From positions 5,880,166 through 5,944,165 of the forward strand of contig OZ316896.1 in NCBI GenBank assembly GCA_973895155.1: DNA of 64,000 nt, in the 5' to 3' direction. Of the stretch, positions 1-11,402 are shown one piece after another. Origin of the DNA: Marsupella aquatica (Eukaryota > Plantae > Marchantiophyta). Both the position numbers and the translations under genes were made by a program. Below the pieces are notes generated by a model that worked only from the letters and a program-made list of their open reading frames with translations, had not been told where the DNA came from and ran no database searches. How positions within the stretch are numbered: the stretch's first letter is position 1; each line of letters begins with the position of its first letter.

Positions 1-1219
1 AGCATGCACCCAATTGGGGGTGCAATGCTCGAATGAGTTCCTGGGATGGGACCCATGGGCCATTCTTGTCCAGGGAGTCCAGAAGGGGAATTTCTTGACA
101 GACTTGTTATCCTTGTCTGGCCAGTTTGCGCCTGTGAAGGACAGGTCCAATCATGTTTGTGGGTCTGGTTTGGGCACAGTCAGCTATTGCATACGACCGT
201 GTCTCTACCAATCAGTCATCAAAACTTAAACAACCTCCCTCAAACTTTTTCTTGTTCAAAACTACCTTCTCACCATATGTGAACTACAGAAAGCCAGCAT
301 GCACCCAATTGGTGTTAGGTATTTACTCAAGGTCTAGGGTTACGACATGTAACCGTAGTTAGGCTAACCATAGTCGGAGATGTGATTAGGTTAACTAGGA
401 TGCACACTATATGTCAAACGATGTTTGCTTGGATAAGTGGAACTTAAGCTCATTGTTATGGGGCCACTTGAGAGATCAGGAGAGCTTACACTATGGAGAC
501 TTGGTATAGCCGACGAGCTTAGAGGTCGGTAAAGCTCTCTTGTGTGTTCCCGTGGACGTAGCCTCGAGGAGGTGAACCACGTATCTCTTGTGTCGACTAC
601 TTGCACGTTGGATGTGTCATGTGCTTACCGTTGCGATTATCGTCTATGCTCAACAATTGGGAATGCGATGCTCCGATTGAATCCTGGGCTGGGACTCATG
701 GGCCACTCCCGCCCAAACATGAAATCTCGTCTGGCAAGTTTGAGTCTACAAAGGACAGGTCTTGTTTGTGGTTTTGGGCATGGTCAGATGTTACATAAGT
801 GTCTCTACAAGTTACTCATTAAAACTTATAGCCTCTCTCAAACTTTTTCTTGTTCAAAACTACCTTCTCAATGCATGTGAACTAAAGAAAGCCACCATGC
901 ACCCAATTGGGGGTGCGATGCTTCAATGGAATCCTGGGCTGGGACCCATGGGCCGCTCCAGTCCAAATGTGGAATCTCTTGACAGACTTAGTCTGGCAAG
1001 TTTGCGCCTGCAAAGGAGAGGTCTAGTCGTGTTTGTGGGTCTGGTTAGGGCAGGGTCAGATGTTACATAAGTGTCTCTATCAGCATTAAAACTTATCAAG
1101 CTCCCTCAAACTTTTTCTTGTTCAAAACAACCTTCTCAACCTATGTGAACTGGAGAGAGCCAGCATGCACCCAATTGGGGGTGCCATGCTCCGATGGAAT
1201 CCCGGGCTGGGACCCATGG
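1..1219 (+). repeat. Tandem satellite (~250-295 bp monomer), left part
   Basis: Core GCATGCACCCAATTGGGGGTGCGATGCTCCGATGGAATCCTGGGCTGGGACCCATGG recurs near 2, 298, 896 and 1163, with shared TTGTTCAAAACTACCTTCTCA. Interrupted by a solo LTR and by the large transposon. Confidence 0.92.
313..655. mobile_element. Solo LTR (343 bp) inserted in the satellite
   Basis: Begins TGTT, ends AACA. 5-bp TSD ATTGG at 308-312 and 656-660. Removing it restores the satellite core. Confidence 0.85.
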
Positions 1220-1244
1220 ATCACCCTATTCATTAAAACTGGAA
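1220..1244 (+). repeat. Left terminal inverted repeat
   Basis: Reverse complement of 15955-15979 with 2 mismatches. Confidence 0.93.
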
Positions 1245-1919
1245 TTTCTCTAGTCCAGAAGTTGACCTTCAAATTTCTTATTTTACCCCCAAAAGTTCTA
1301 TAACTTGTTCCCCAAAGCATATATTTTAGTGGCCAAATATACACTTTTTGAGGTCTAAAATTACAATTCTAATGCCCAAATTATTAATTAAATAATTCAG
1401 TTATAAATTATTAATACTTATTAATTAAAACACAATAAAGTGTTCTTATTATATACAATATAAACAATGAAAAAATAGAATAAGACAATATAATAAATTC
1501 AAATGACCCGTGATAACCAAGTTACACAAACAGGGAAGGTAAACCAATGATGTATTATAAAAGTAAAAAACCTATTTTTACAAGGTCGAGACCACGTCTG
1601 CCCCAATGCAGGCTCTAGATGGTTTTGACCGGTTGTTGAATGTATATCAATTACTATGTAAAAATCTATGTTGAGATTATCTTGACCCAAATGTAGGGTC
1701 CACATAATTTTGACCCGTTGTTGAATCTATATCTCTAGCTATTCCCTTTGTATAGGGTCAAGACCCAAATAACCTTTTTCTGAGAACATATCTACAAGTA
1801 AAAGAGGATCAACAGCATCTAGACTCAAATGGATAGTACGCATAGCTTCACTTATTTTGAGTAAGAATATGTATATCTACAACTCACATTGTAACTGTAC
1901 AGTGTAGGGTCGAGATAAT

Positions 1920-4103
1920 CTAGACCCAAATCTCATGCTCCTCCACCCCGCAGAATTCATTTGAGCAAGTAAATCTAGACCCTAACGGGTCATATTTCAT
2001 ATCGCGATTGCAGAAATCGAGAGGCTTCCTATTCCAGAACTTCGTGGTGAGGTCCCTACACCTCAAGACTTCCGAAACAAATCCCCGATGATTGTCTCTA
2101 TAGGGTCCTGTGTACTGATATCCAATTAACGTCTTTGCAAGGTCGTTGATCGCCTCCTCCGTCAATTCCTCCATTGGTGGTAATTGTTGCACTTCATTCT
2201 TGACATCCCAAGGAATTTCATCCGCTGTGACATCCAAGACTGTATGGATAACCGAATGAACCCATACCATACTACCCCACCGCTCCGTCAACAACGCATA
2301 AATGGCAGCCTGTTGATCTCTGTCCGCTAAAACATTTATCATAGACCACTTTGGATGATTGATAAAAAGGTAGTGCTGAAGATTGAAGGCATGATACAAT
2401 TTCCTGAGCATAGGCCATAATATTTCTGGAAAGAATGTATCATCCGTGGAGTGATGCAAAAATGAGGAAGGAAACAACCCACAATTCTCTGGATTCGTAA
2501 ATGCCTTCATTGGAGTGTCATCAAGAAGGAGTGTATTAGTTTCGTCGTATAATCCACCATAACGTTTCCAAACCACCCTCAAATCCTTCAAATAAATATT
2601 TGTCTTCCCATCGGTAATGTCAGGCCTGTGGATTCCAGTATCGAATGTATCTTCTTGTGTGAGAATAAACTTGAATTGCTCTCGCTCTTCTTGACTGAAG
2701 ATCAAATGAATCATTTCATCCGTCCTGGGTTTCCTTGCACAAGTCCAAATGGCAACATCAAATAACGAAAAAGCTGCGATTAAGAACTCGTGAAGATGGG
2801 GTCGTTCAACATACATAAAGTTAAACCCTCCACGTCTCCCCCAGTGGACACCCTTGACACTTGTTGCACTACGGCGCGGTCCGGAACTTGGCGTTTTGAT
2901 AGAATCCCAACACATTTTGTTGAGGTCAAGAATCAATAGCTTCCGTCTGATCGGACCGTGAAGAGGAGGCAAGGGTCCTGCAAAGAAGGAACACCAATGT
3001 TAGAATTGTGGGAGATAAAACAAAGGAATGCTCGAGACGATCTCGAGCATCACAAGTGAATGAACAACAGTCAACGTCATACCTATTGTTGGTTGAAGGT
3101 CAGTAGTTGAAGAAATCTCAGGACATCTTTGCAGATTATTGTCGACGCACTCCACAACTGGTAAGGGCCCGCCTATTTCTGTGAAGGTAGACATAATAAT
3201 TTAGACGACTGAATTTCAGGACTGTTCAAACTAACTTGGGTTTCAACCTCACGTGCTGAAAGACCCAAATTCATCTAGAAGGTTATCTCCTAGTTGGTTT
3301 TGGATGTCCAAATTTATCCCTCCGGGAAGGGTCTCAACAAGAGCTGGCTCAGACCAAACTGGCACTAATTTGAACTTATCCTTCCTATACTTTCTAGATC
3401 GAATAATCTTCTCAGACTGCTCTATACTGACTTGTTGACCTTTTGACGGTCCATCAGTCCAAACATAATGAGTAGCACTTGCTTTGAGTGATTTGTAACC
3501 AGTTCTACCAATTTCAGTCCCCGGTTTCCTAACAAAAGGGAGAATTACGGGGCTTCCAGTAGAAGAATCTGTGAAAACAAGCTTATTCTCTGAAGCGCAA
3601 AACATTTGGTCCAAGGGAGAGGACGATGCACCTGCCTCATCATGAGGGGGAGTATGGCAGCCACTAGCTTTCTTAGTAGAGAAAATCTCATCCAATTGAG
3701 GAGGGCTTGGAATTGGTTGGCTAATTGCATCCTGCAAGATGGACTCCCAGCCAACATCCAAGGTTGAAGACTGTTGTTCACGTTGTGCATCCCCAAGGTC
3801 ACCCGATGAAGGAACACCTGGAACGTCGAGATCATCTCGAGCATCATTTCCAAATTCAGGCAGTATTTCACCCTCCTCTTCCATGTAGCTTGTGATTTTT
3901 GGGCCCTCCGTTTTGCGATGCTCTAAATTCTCCGCAAATACTTCCTCATAAACACTGGCTTCCACCGAAGCTATGTCTAAGGCCGCCTCTTCTATTACAA
4001 CAAGGGGACCAACAGTAATTTCCTCAGATGGTAACGGCTCCTTGGGTGGCACATATAAAACCTGCTTGTTGTCATGAAGGAGGTGAGCACCCGGGGTCCT
4101 CAC
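1920..4103 (-). CDS. Transposon cargo: acidic low-complexity N-terminus plus FCP1/NIF-like HAD phosphatase domain (multi-exon)
   Basis: ORF 1920-2972 has RKLLILDLN, ERPHLHEFL, FDVAIWT, YLKDLRVVW and TLLLDDTPMKAFTNP (NIF/FCP1 motifs; DxD replaced by DLN). An in-phase GT-AG intron at ~2978-3082 joins an exon at ~3083-3180. Joining to ORF 3249-4103 is plausible but its phase is unresolved. Confidence 0.75.
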
Positions 4104-4830
4104 TTATTTCCTTCCGACCCATCACGCGCGACTAAGTATAGGGTTTTTAATTCAATGCCGTGGAAGACTTAAGAAGTCTTGTTGAAGAACTTTAGGGGTA
4201 TAAAAATAAATAGTGCAACTTAGAAGTTTGGTAGGGATGGGTAAAAACTCAATTCTTCAATATAAGTTGTAAGTTTAAGATAGGGTATGCTGGGAAAGAA
4301 AATATACTAGTGACATGTGTCAACCTTTAATTGGTCCACATCGCACTCCCTTGCATCAACATGGTTTAGGGGCAACACGTGGGTTTCATAGAGTTTTGAG
4401 GGTAAAATTCAAATTGTTTGTGTGAGTGGGAGGTGGACAGGGAGGGGGGAGAGTAAGGGTTAGGGTAGCCACTCGAGGGTCACTTAGGGCCATCAATCCT
4501 AGTTAGAGCTGTTTGGGTGAAATCATGGGGCCATACATTTGGTCGCTCGGGTCCATGGAAGGGACCGTTTCTTGTTACTAGTTGTCGTAGCCATACAGCA
4601 CCAAGTTTAGGGTAAAATTGGGCAGCCATCCATCCATCCATTTGTTGGGCCAATCATCGGCTGTAGTTTGCGATGGCTGGTTAGGGAACATGATTCGAAT
4701 GCGCTTGTGAAGGAAAATTTTGCAGGGTGAGTTGGGGATCGGGGGCTGGGTGTTGCATCAACACTTTTAAAAAGGAAAAGCTTTGAATCGGGCCGGGGGC
4801 TGCGATGTAGGGGCTTCTACAAGATCAAAG

Positions 4831-5230
4831 AAGGGGAAAGGTAAGGGAAGAGGTAAAGCTAGGACTCAGGAACCAGAAGTTTAAGCCAAGAAAGAATTTT
4901 GGTTTGGTCGGATTATGATGATGAGACAAAAAGTTAAGGGACAATGGACTAGAGTGAGATCTGCTATTGATTTGCTTGACAGGCCTACACCTCCTCATGG
5001 ACACATAGAGAGTATTTGTCAGTTTTTATTTAATTGGTATAAGCCAACAAGCTCAAGCAAGGTTGAATTCACTTATGATACGATTGATTTATAATGGATT
5101 GATATAGAAATGGTGATGACTAATGTTACTCTGACCATGAAACAAGGGATTGGCTTAGTATATGTGTTAGATCAAGTTGACAAACAAACTTTGGATACTT
5201 ATCTAGAGACCATGTCTAGAGTTGAATTAT
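4831..5230 (+). pseudogene. Decayed ORF inside the transposon, small beta-barrel-like domain
   Basis: One frame reads KGKGKGRGKARTQEPEV*AKKEFWFGRIMMMRQKVKGQWTRVRSAIDLLDRP...FLFNWYK...FTYDTIDL*WIDIEMV, a protein-like sequence with two TAA stops. Confidence 0.45.
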
Positions 5231-5301
5231 GTGCATGTATCCATAGTCATGGTAGTGGTTTAAGTAGGTACATGGGATACGTTAGGGGAATAGGTTAGGG
5301 G

Positions 5302-5362
5302 GTGGCAGATTTGGATACTTGAGCTTCTTGCTCAATTAGGGGTTCAATTCCCCTCTGCCACA
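5302..5362 (+). ncRNA. Compact tRNA-like structure (61 nt)
   Basis: 7-bp acceptor stem GTGGCAG/CTGCCAC plus A, canonical T-arm AGGGG-TTCAATT-CCCCT, stem TTGAG(C)/(G)CTCAA, and only a rudimentary TTGG D-loop. Not a canonical tRNA. Confidence 0.45.
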
Positions 5363-5758
5363 TACACTCATTCAGATTGTTAACTCAATTTCCATTTGGT
5401 GCACCTACCTTTCACATGAGACTGTAAGCATAGGAGATTGCAAATATGAACAACTCATATTGTATATTGCTGAAGCTTCTACTAGAATTGAGATTCTTAG
5501 TGGAAGCATCAACACTATATACTATAAGTTTTTTATGATGAGACATCATGGATGCCAAAGGAGAATAGGAGGGCTTGACTAAGACTCGAATAATCTTGAC
5601 AAACACTCAAAAAAGGTACGCATTTGAAAGAACTTTTCTTTTCTTAGTAAGGTATGTTTAAATGAAGACAAAACTTTACTAAACCTTTTTTAGGGGTCAA
5701 AATTTAAGGATTTGGAATTCTTCTAAGTATGATAGGGAGGGAGAAAAAAATATTTTAC

Positions 5759-8700
5759 TTAATAAGTTAGGGTCAGAAGGGACCAAAATGTCGAGCGTGG
5801 TATGGGGGCCTCTGTATACTGAGGCCCCCGAGGCTGAGCAAAGGCTTCTGTGAATTCCATCTCTTGAGCTGTGTCCGAATACACAAAACAATCCCTACCA
5901 AGAATGACACAAGCTTTCAATGTCTGTCCTCCAGAGAAGAAATCCAACACTGTATGACCTGGGCACGAGAAATAATCAACAAGATGCTTTGTCATTCGCA
6001 AAGGCTTTGCTCTCGGATTTACAAAGCCACCACGCCGACCGACCATCTCATAAGATGGGGCCATCTTCTCCAAAACTTCGACATCAACAGTGGATTCATC
6101 GAGCTTGTCTTTCCCCTTTGATTGGTCTTTGTTTTTCCCAGTAGGGGCCTTCAAAGGCAAGACTGTGAAGTCTATGTCCCACTTCTCACTGTAGTTCCAT
6201 AACGCATAAAAGTCATCAAAGAAAATTTGGGACCAATCTGGTTCCTCTTCACAACAAATTCCCCCAAAGATGATTGAGTCTCGGGCTCCAACGAGAAAAT
6301 CTCCCTCCTCCTTGGGCAGCTGATCACGGTAGTAGCTCCCGTACTCCAGCTTCGTGTGGACTTTCTTCTCACAACGAATCTTTTCAAAGGCACTCTGAGT
6401 CTGGCCTATCAATGGGCCTTGATGGACAAAAAAGATTACTAAGAGCTCTGTCGAGTTCGCCATCTGCAAACAATACTCCAGCAAGACAAAAAATTTGGCA
6501 TCTGTCCACTGCCGTTGTCGAAGACGACCAAAATTGACAATGGAGAGTGGGCACGTCCTTTGCACCGAGTCAACAATCTCAGGCTTCATTGTTCTCATCA
6601 AATTATCACTAAAAAATGTGCGATAAGGAGTATCCTCCATTGAAGGCAACCCGCCAAATACCTTGCAATATATCTGCTCAGGCCTAACAATGAGACTTTG
6701 CAGAAATGGGTCTTTTGGCCTATTTCTTTTTAGGAGGTTGGAAATCCAAACCTCTCCAGCAAGTTGTCTAAGTTTCGGAAACTCACCACGATCCATAAAT
6801 GCAGGCAAAAATTGAGTTAGCTCAAACCAAGTGAGTGAATTGGCAAACCGATCCGGATACTTCAAAACGAAGTACTCCACAATTTTTGCCCTCAGCTTGG
6901 TCATGACTTTGAAAGTATGAGCCATATCACTCATTGATTGAACATCGGATTTGTTGGCTGGGTCTTTCTTCAATAAAACCTTCTGTTGTTGAACGACAGT
7001 AAAAACTTTCAGAATGTCATCACTACTCAGATCTCCTTCAAAGCATCTAAACAATGCCGATGTAATCATTTTTGTTGTCCGGGATTTCCGATTTATTTTT
7101 GAACCTAACTCCCCTAGACCATCCGGAAGAAGTCCCTTGACCCAAGCGATGCACATTTGTCTCCAAGTTCGGAAGAGGTTCTCATCCGAAAACAACAACC
7201 AAAAAATATTTCTCAGATCGGATTTTCCAGTCGTTATTTTGGCAAGGGCCATAAAATCCTGATCCAAACAGTACAAAGAAAATCTGAGGCTCGAGACAAT
7301 CTCGAGGTAGAATTAAGGAACTATGGTAAAATTTATAGGAGAATACATGAAGATAAATCAAATACAAAAACTTGACCTCGAGGCTCGAGACAATCTCGAG
7401 CTAGAAGTGGATTTGAGTTTGAATTTACCTGGAACTTTTGATGATCCGTTAGTCTATTGGACCCAATCACGGGTCTCTCCGGACGGCCACACTCGTCAAA
7501 CTGTCGACGGGCATGGACCATAGTATCAAGAAAACGGGACTCATACTTCATGGTCTTATTAACAGCATTTGCCCTTTGTGAGTGTTGAGCAAGTATTGTT
7601 CTTGGAGTTCTGTCCGAAAGAATTTGTGACTTTCGATATTGCAGACTCTTTGCGACCTCCTTCAACTTTGCATCGCTCTTAGTCCAACCTATGATCCAAA
7701 TAGCTGCCTTTGCCGAGTATTGTCCACTGATTGCAAGGAACTGCACCTTCTTATTCTTAACACCCCACTCGAACTCCTTTCGATCCTCAGCAGTATTCTC
7801 ATAATGGAGCAACTGCAAACTCTCTCTTGAATACGGAATTAAATCCGCCACAACTGGTACCATTCTAGGGTTTCTAACCATGGATTTTGCGACCTCCATG
7901 GCATGGTCTTTATTGAACATCCTATATACCAAAACTGCAGACGACGAATCTATACTAGTGACAGGAATGTCAAAAGTTTCATTCATGCCAAATGTGTAAT
8001 ACTCCTCAATCTCCTTAAGAACTTTGGCTCCTTTCTTAACGCTCTTTTTTCCCGGAGCATCTCCTAGAGTGCCATCATCATTGGTATGTGCATTCACACC
8101 CGAGGAAGATGCCGGAATGAGATCTACCTTGGGCGGCGTGGAATTTTTTTGAGGTGGAGCCTTCTTCGCTTTGCTTTCGGGTTTCTCAACCCTCTTCCTC
8201 TTTTGAGACACCTTTACTTCCTTTTTGTCCAAACCGGACGTCTTGTCTCTCGTAGCTACAGATTTCAATTTACCTGTTTGTCTCCGATGAGACAACACCC
8301 ACTTTTTACAAGCATCCTCGTCAAATTCTCCGGCTCCAAACACAAAATCAGGGGATATGGATTCAAACTCCCCCAATTTGGATTCCGACATTAGTCTCAA
8401 AACCTTCCACGTGAAAGGAGTCGTGAATGCATCATCACGATCAAACCCATACTTTCGACAATAAAGGAATCCAAAAATTATGTCTGCTCCAGATATAGGA
8501 GTATCTTCTAGCAAATTACTTGTAGTAAAACCCTCGGGGAAGAACCCCATTGATATCACGCTCAGTTGTTTCCTGGCTGCACGTTCAATGTTAAGATTGC
8601 AAGAGTAGTTTTTGGCGTGAAGTCTAATTAGAGCCCACTTCCCTGTCTCGTGGTTCTCCACCGTCAAAACCATGTCCTTACCGTTACTCGTCACAATAGA

Positions 8701-9024
8701 AACAACAGGCCCTAGAAGGCTGCACACTAGAGGATCGACTGATGGAGACCTCGTCTTCACACAAATAATAGTTCCTTCCATGTCTTCAGTTTCAGCAAGC
8801 TCAATGGCCCAACAGAATCCAAATAAACCCTGTCCAGGGCAGGAAACCTCGATTGCATGTTCATCTTCGACTACCAAATTAGGCGATCCCAATTTCGCAC
8901 CTGGTACAGCCAAAATGTAGCAATTGTCAGAAACATGTACTACAAAACCAAGAAACAAATAGGTGGCTCGAAATGATCTTGATCTTCCTTTTAAGTTTAA
9001 TAGTCTGACATGTTCCAATGCCAT
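5759..9024 (-). CDS. Transposon cargo: ParB-like domain fused by splicing to a beta-class N4C/N6A DNA methyltransferase-like domain
   Basis: ORF 7333-9024 has FDIPVTSID..YRMFNKDHAMEVAKSM..FLAISGQYSAKA (ParB/DGQHR-like). Phase-0 GT-AG intron 7428-7259 joins HQKFQ to DFMALAK of ORF 5759-7276, which ends with NPRAKPLRMTKHLVDYFSCPGHTVLDFFSGGQTLKACVILGRDC (motif X/I region of N6_N4_Mtase). Further small upstream exons probably extend to ~10054. Confidence 0.7.
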
Positions 9025-10099
9025 TTCATCCGTGGAATTTAAAAAGAGATTTCAAACCCAAGAAATCTAAAAAGATAACACAATAGTTAGGAAACACAAT
9101 AGGCTCGAGATGATCTCGAGCCACCATCTGTTTAAAAGATCTCGATCCTCATATATATCAGTTGAGGTTTTATTCCATTGCATATCATGAACCAGTCAAA
9201 TTTAACGAACAACATTTTCAAGAATGATCCAATGTCACCTATTCGACCACATTCAAAACCCTCTAACTCAGTGGTTTGTCATCTTCACAAACGAGTTGGA
9301 GGACTAAGAAAGTGGTCCAAAAGGCAAGCTTGGATCACAATGAAAAGGATATTAGTAATTGACGACATGGAGTCCTTCCAACTGGAAGAAATTGGCCAAG
9401 GGATACAAATGACCATAAAGGAAGATGGTGAGGGATATATTTGGCTCGAGACGATCTCGAGCCTAACATGTCAAATGAGTGATCCAAATATCATATTCAA
9501 CAATGAACATCATATTCAATCAATGATTAAAATCCACTTTCTCCATTGACTTCTGATACCCACAAACCCGTTCGAATGTCAATAATAAGAACGAGTTGGA
9601 GGGTACAGAAGTCCCTGGAGGAAGGAAATTTTAGATTTTTTGGATATGATGTTTCACTTTTGAAGGATAAGGGTTTCCAACTTGAAGAAATCTCACTAGG
9701 TCACATGCAGGAATTGCATACTGGCTCGAGACGATCTCGAGAGTCATGCCACTTACATCAAATGCAAAATCAATTGATAGATCACAACTTTTGAAGCAAA
9801 GTATTGCAGAAAACATCAATAGGCTTGAGATGATCTTGAGCCTCAACTGCATCCAAGGAATCCAGAAACAAGTGGACCAATTGAAGCTCGAGACGATCTC
9901 GAGTTAAACCTGAACAGAACAAAGATGATGAATTACGTTTAATGGTGCGATGGATCTGATGCGCTGAGTCTAGATGGGTCTGAAGCTCTTCGCCAATGGT
10001 TGCAAGGTTGTACTCAACGAAGTCCTCCTTGAAGAAATCTACAACAGTCGACATGGCTGGTGAAGAGAGGAACGTACTACGGGCTGAGAACTTAAAAAC

Positions 10100-10262
10100 A
10101 AATCTTGAGCCTAAACAGAATATCTCAACCCTATCAAAGCTCGAGCTTAAACACAAAATCTTGACCCTATAAAATCTCGAGGAAAAAACCTAATCTCGAC
10201 CCTCTGCAATCTTGAGGCTAATACAAGGATCTCGAGGCAAGAGCGCAAAACAATCTAGAGGC
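10100..10262. repeat. Array of nine ATCTCGAG/C-like half-sites at 16-24 bp spacing
   Basis: Half-sites near 10102, 10122, 10138, 10158, 10174, 10193, 10209, 10229 and 10253. Confidence 0.65.
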
Positions 10263-10700
10263 AAGGAGGCAAGGGACGCGAGGAGGCGAAGAGGCGAGGA
10301 GGTGAATGTAAAAATGGGGAATTCAAAACCCCTGAAGCCACTATAAGCCCCTCGGGGGTCGGCCTTGGCCGTGCCAAGCATGCCAGGGCTCGTGCAGGCT
10401 CAGGCAGGCTACCACGCAACCTGTTGGGTGCGTACAGTCATTATTATGGTCACACGTGTTGTCATTATTGTTATCCGTACTTCAGCCCTGCCGTGAGTTT
10501 AGCCGTGACACAAGTTCAACAAAGCCGTCTTATTGGCCTTTTTGTCTGTCAGGGTTTTATATATTGCTTCTCTTTGGTCTCCAGCGGGTCATTATTCTCA
10601 TTTCGTTTCATTGCTCGCTCGTTTCTCCCTCTGCCTCTCTCTCCATCTCCCTCTCTTTGGCTCTAGATTTATGCTCTGATCTCTTTCTGTTGTTCTTTTC
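10190..10700. promoter_or_regulatory. Putative divergent promoter region of the transposon
   Basis: Lies between minus-strand and plus-strand gene sets. GC-rich core, TATA-like TTTTATATAT near 10555, pyrimidine-rich leader-like tracts on both strands. Confidence 0.4.
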
Positions 10701-11402
10701 AAGGGTTGTGGACTCTATGTTTGTGCAATTCTCATTTTAAGCCCTGAAGGAGGTCTAAAATAATTGAGCTCCTATCTTTTAGAAAACCAAACCTTTTCAG
10801 CTTATACTAGTGTCGGTCAAAATCCATTTGGAAGCCTTTTCCCTCTATTTGATGGCCTTTTAGAAGCTATTTCTCAGTGTCTGGAAGTAAACTGGGAGCC
10901 TACTTTCTTAATTGCACCAAATCATTCTTCTAGATCATCTAGAGCCATTTATATGTTCTTATTTTGGGTGGCTTATTATTCATCATAGTTTCTTTGTCAA
11001 ATACAATGTCCTTTTTGGCTCGAGATCATCTCGAGTCATAAGTTTGATCCTCAAACTTATTCACTTTTGCCTTCTTTCTAACGGTGCATTCGGTTTTCCT
11101 TCTTATAATTGAGTTTGTAGAGAGTCGGAGGTATAGAATCTGAATTCGCTATTCAGTGAGATTTCATATTTTACCTCGAGATCATCTCGAGCTAAATACT
11201 TCTGAATTTTTACATATTGGAGTTTTTGGTCCCTCTTCTACCTCGAGATCGTCTCGAGGTAAAAGAATTTCTTATTTTCTCTATCACACAACTTTGTGGG
11301 ATAACCTTCTACACTTGGGTTTTTTGGTTTGTTTTTTTAGTCACTTTACCTCGAGATCATCTCGAGGTAACTACATCCAACAGTTTGGACCACGTTTGCA
11401 AA

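Noticed and set aside
5302-5362. Functional tRNA-Arg(TCT) gene
   Set aside because: No proper D-arm, a pyrimidine at position 37 and no poly-T terminator.
5759-9024. Bacterial contamination or a restriction-modification operon
   Set aside because: The gene has spliceosomal-type introns and lies in a TSD-flanked element within plant sequence; no restriction nuclease is seen.
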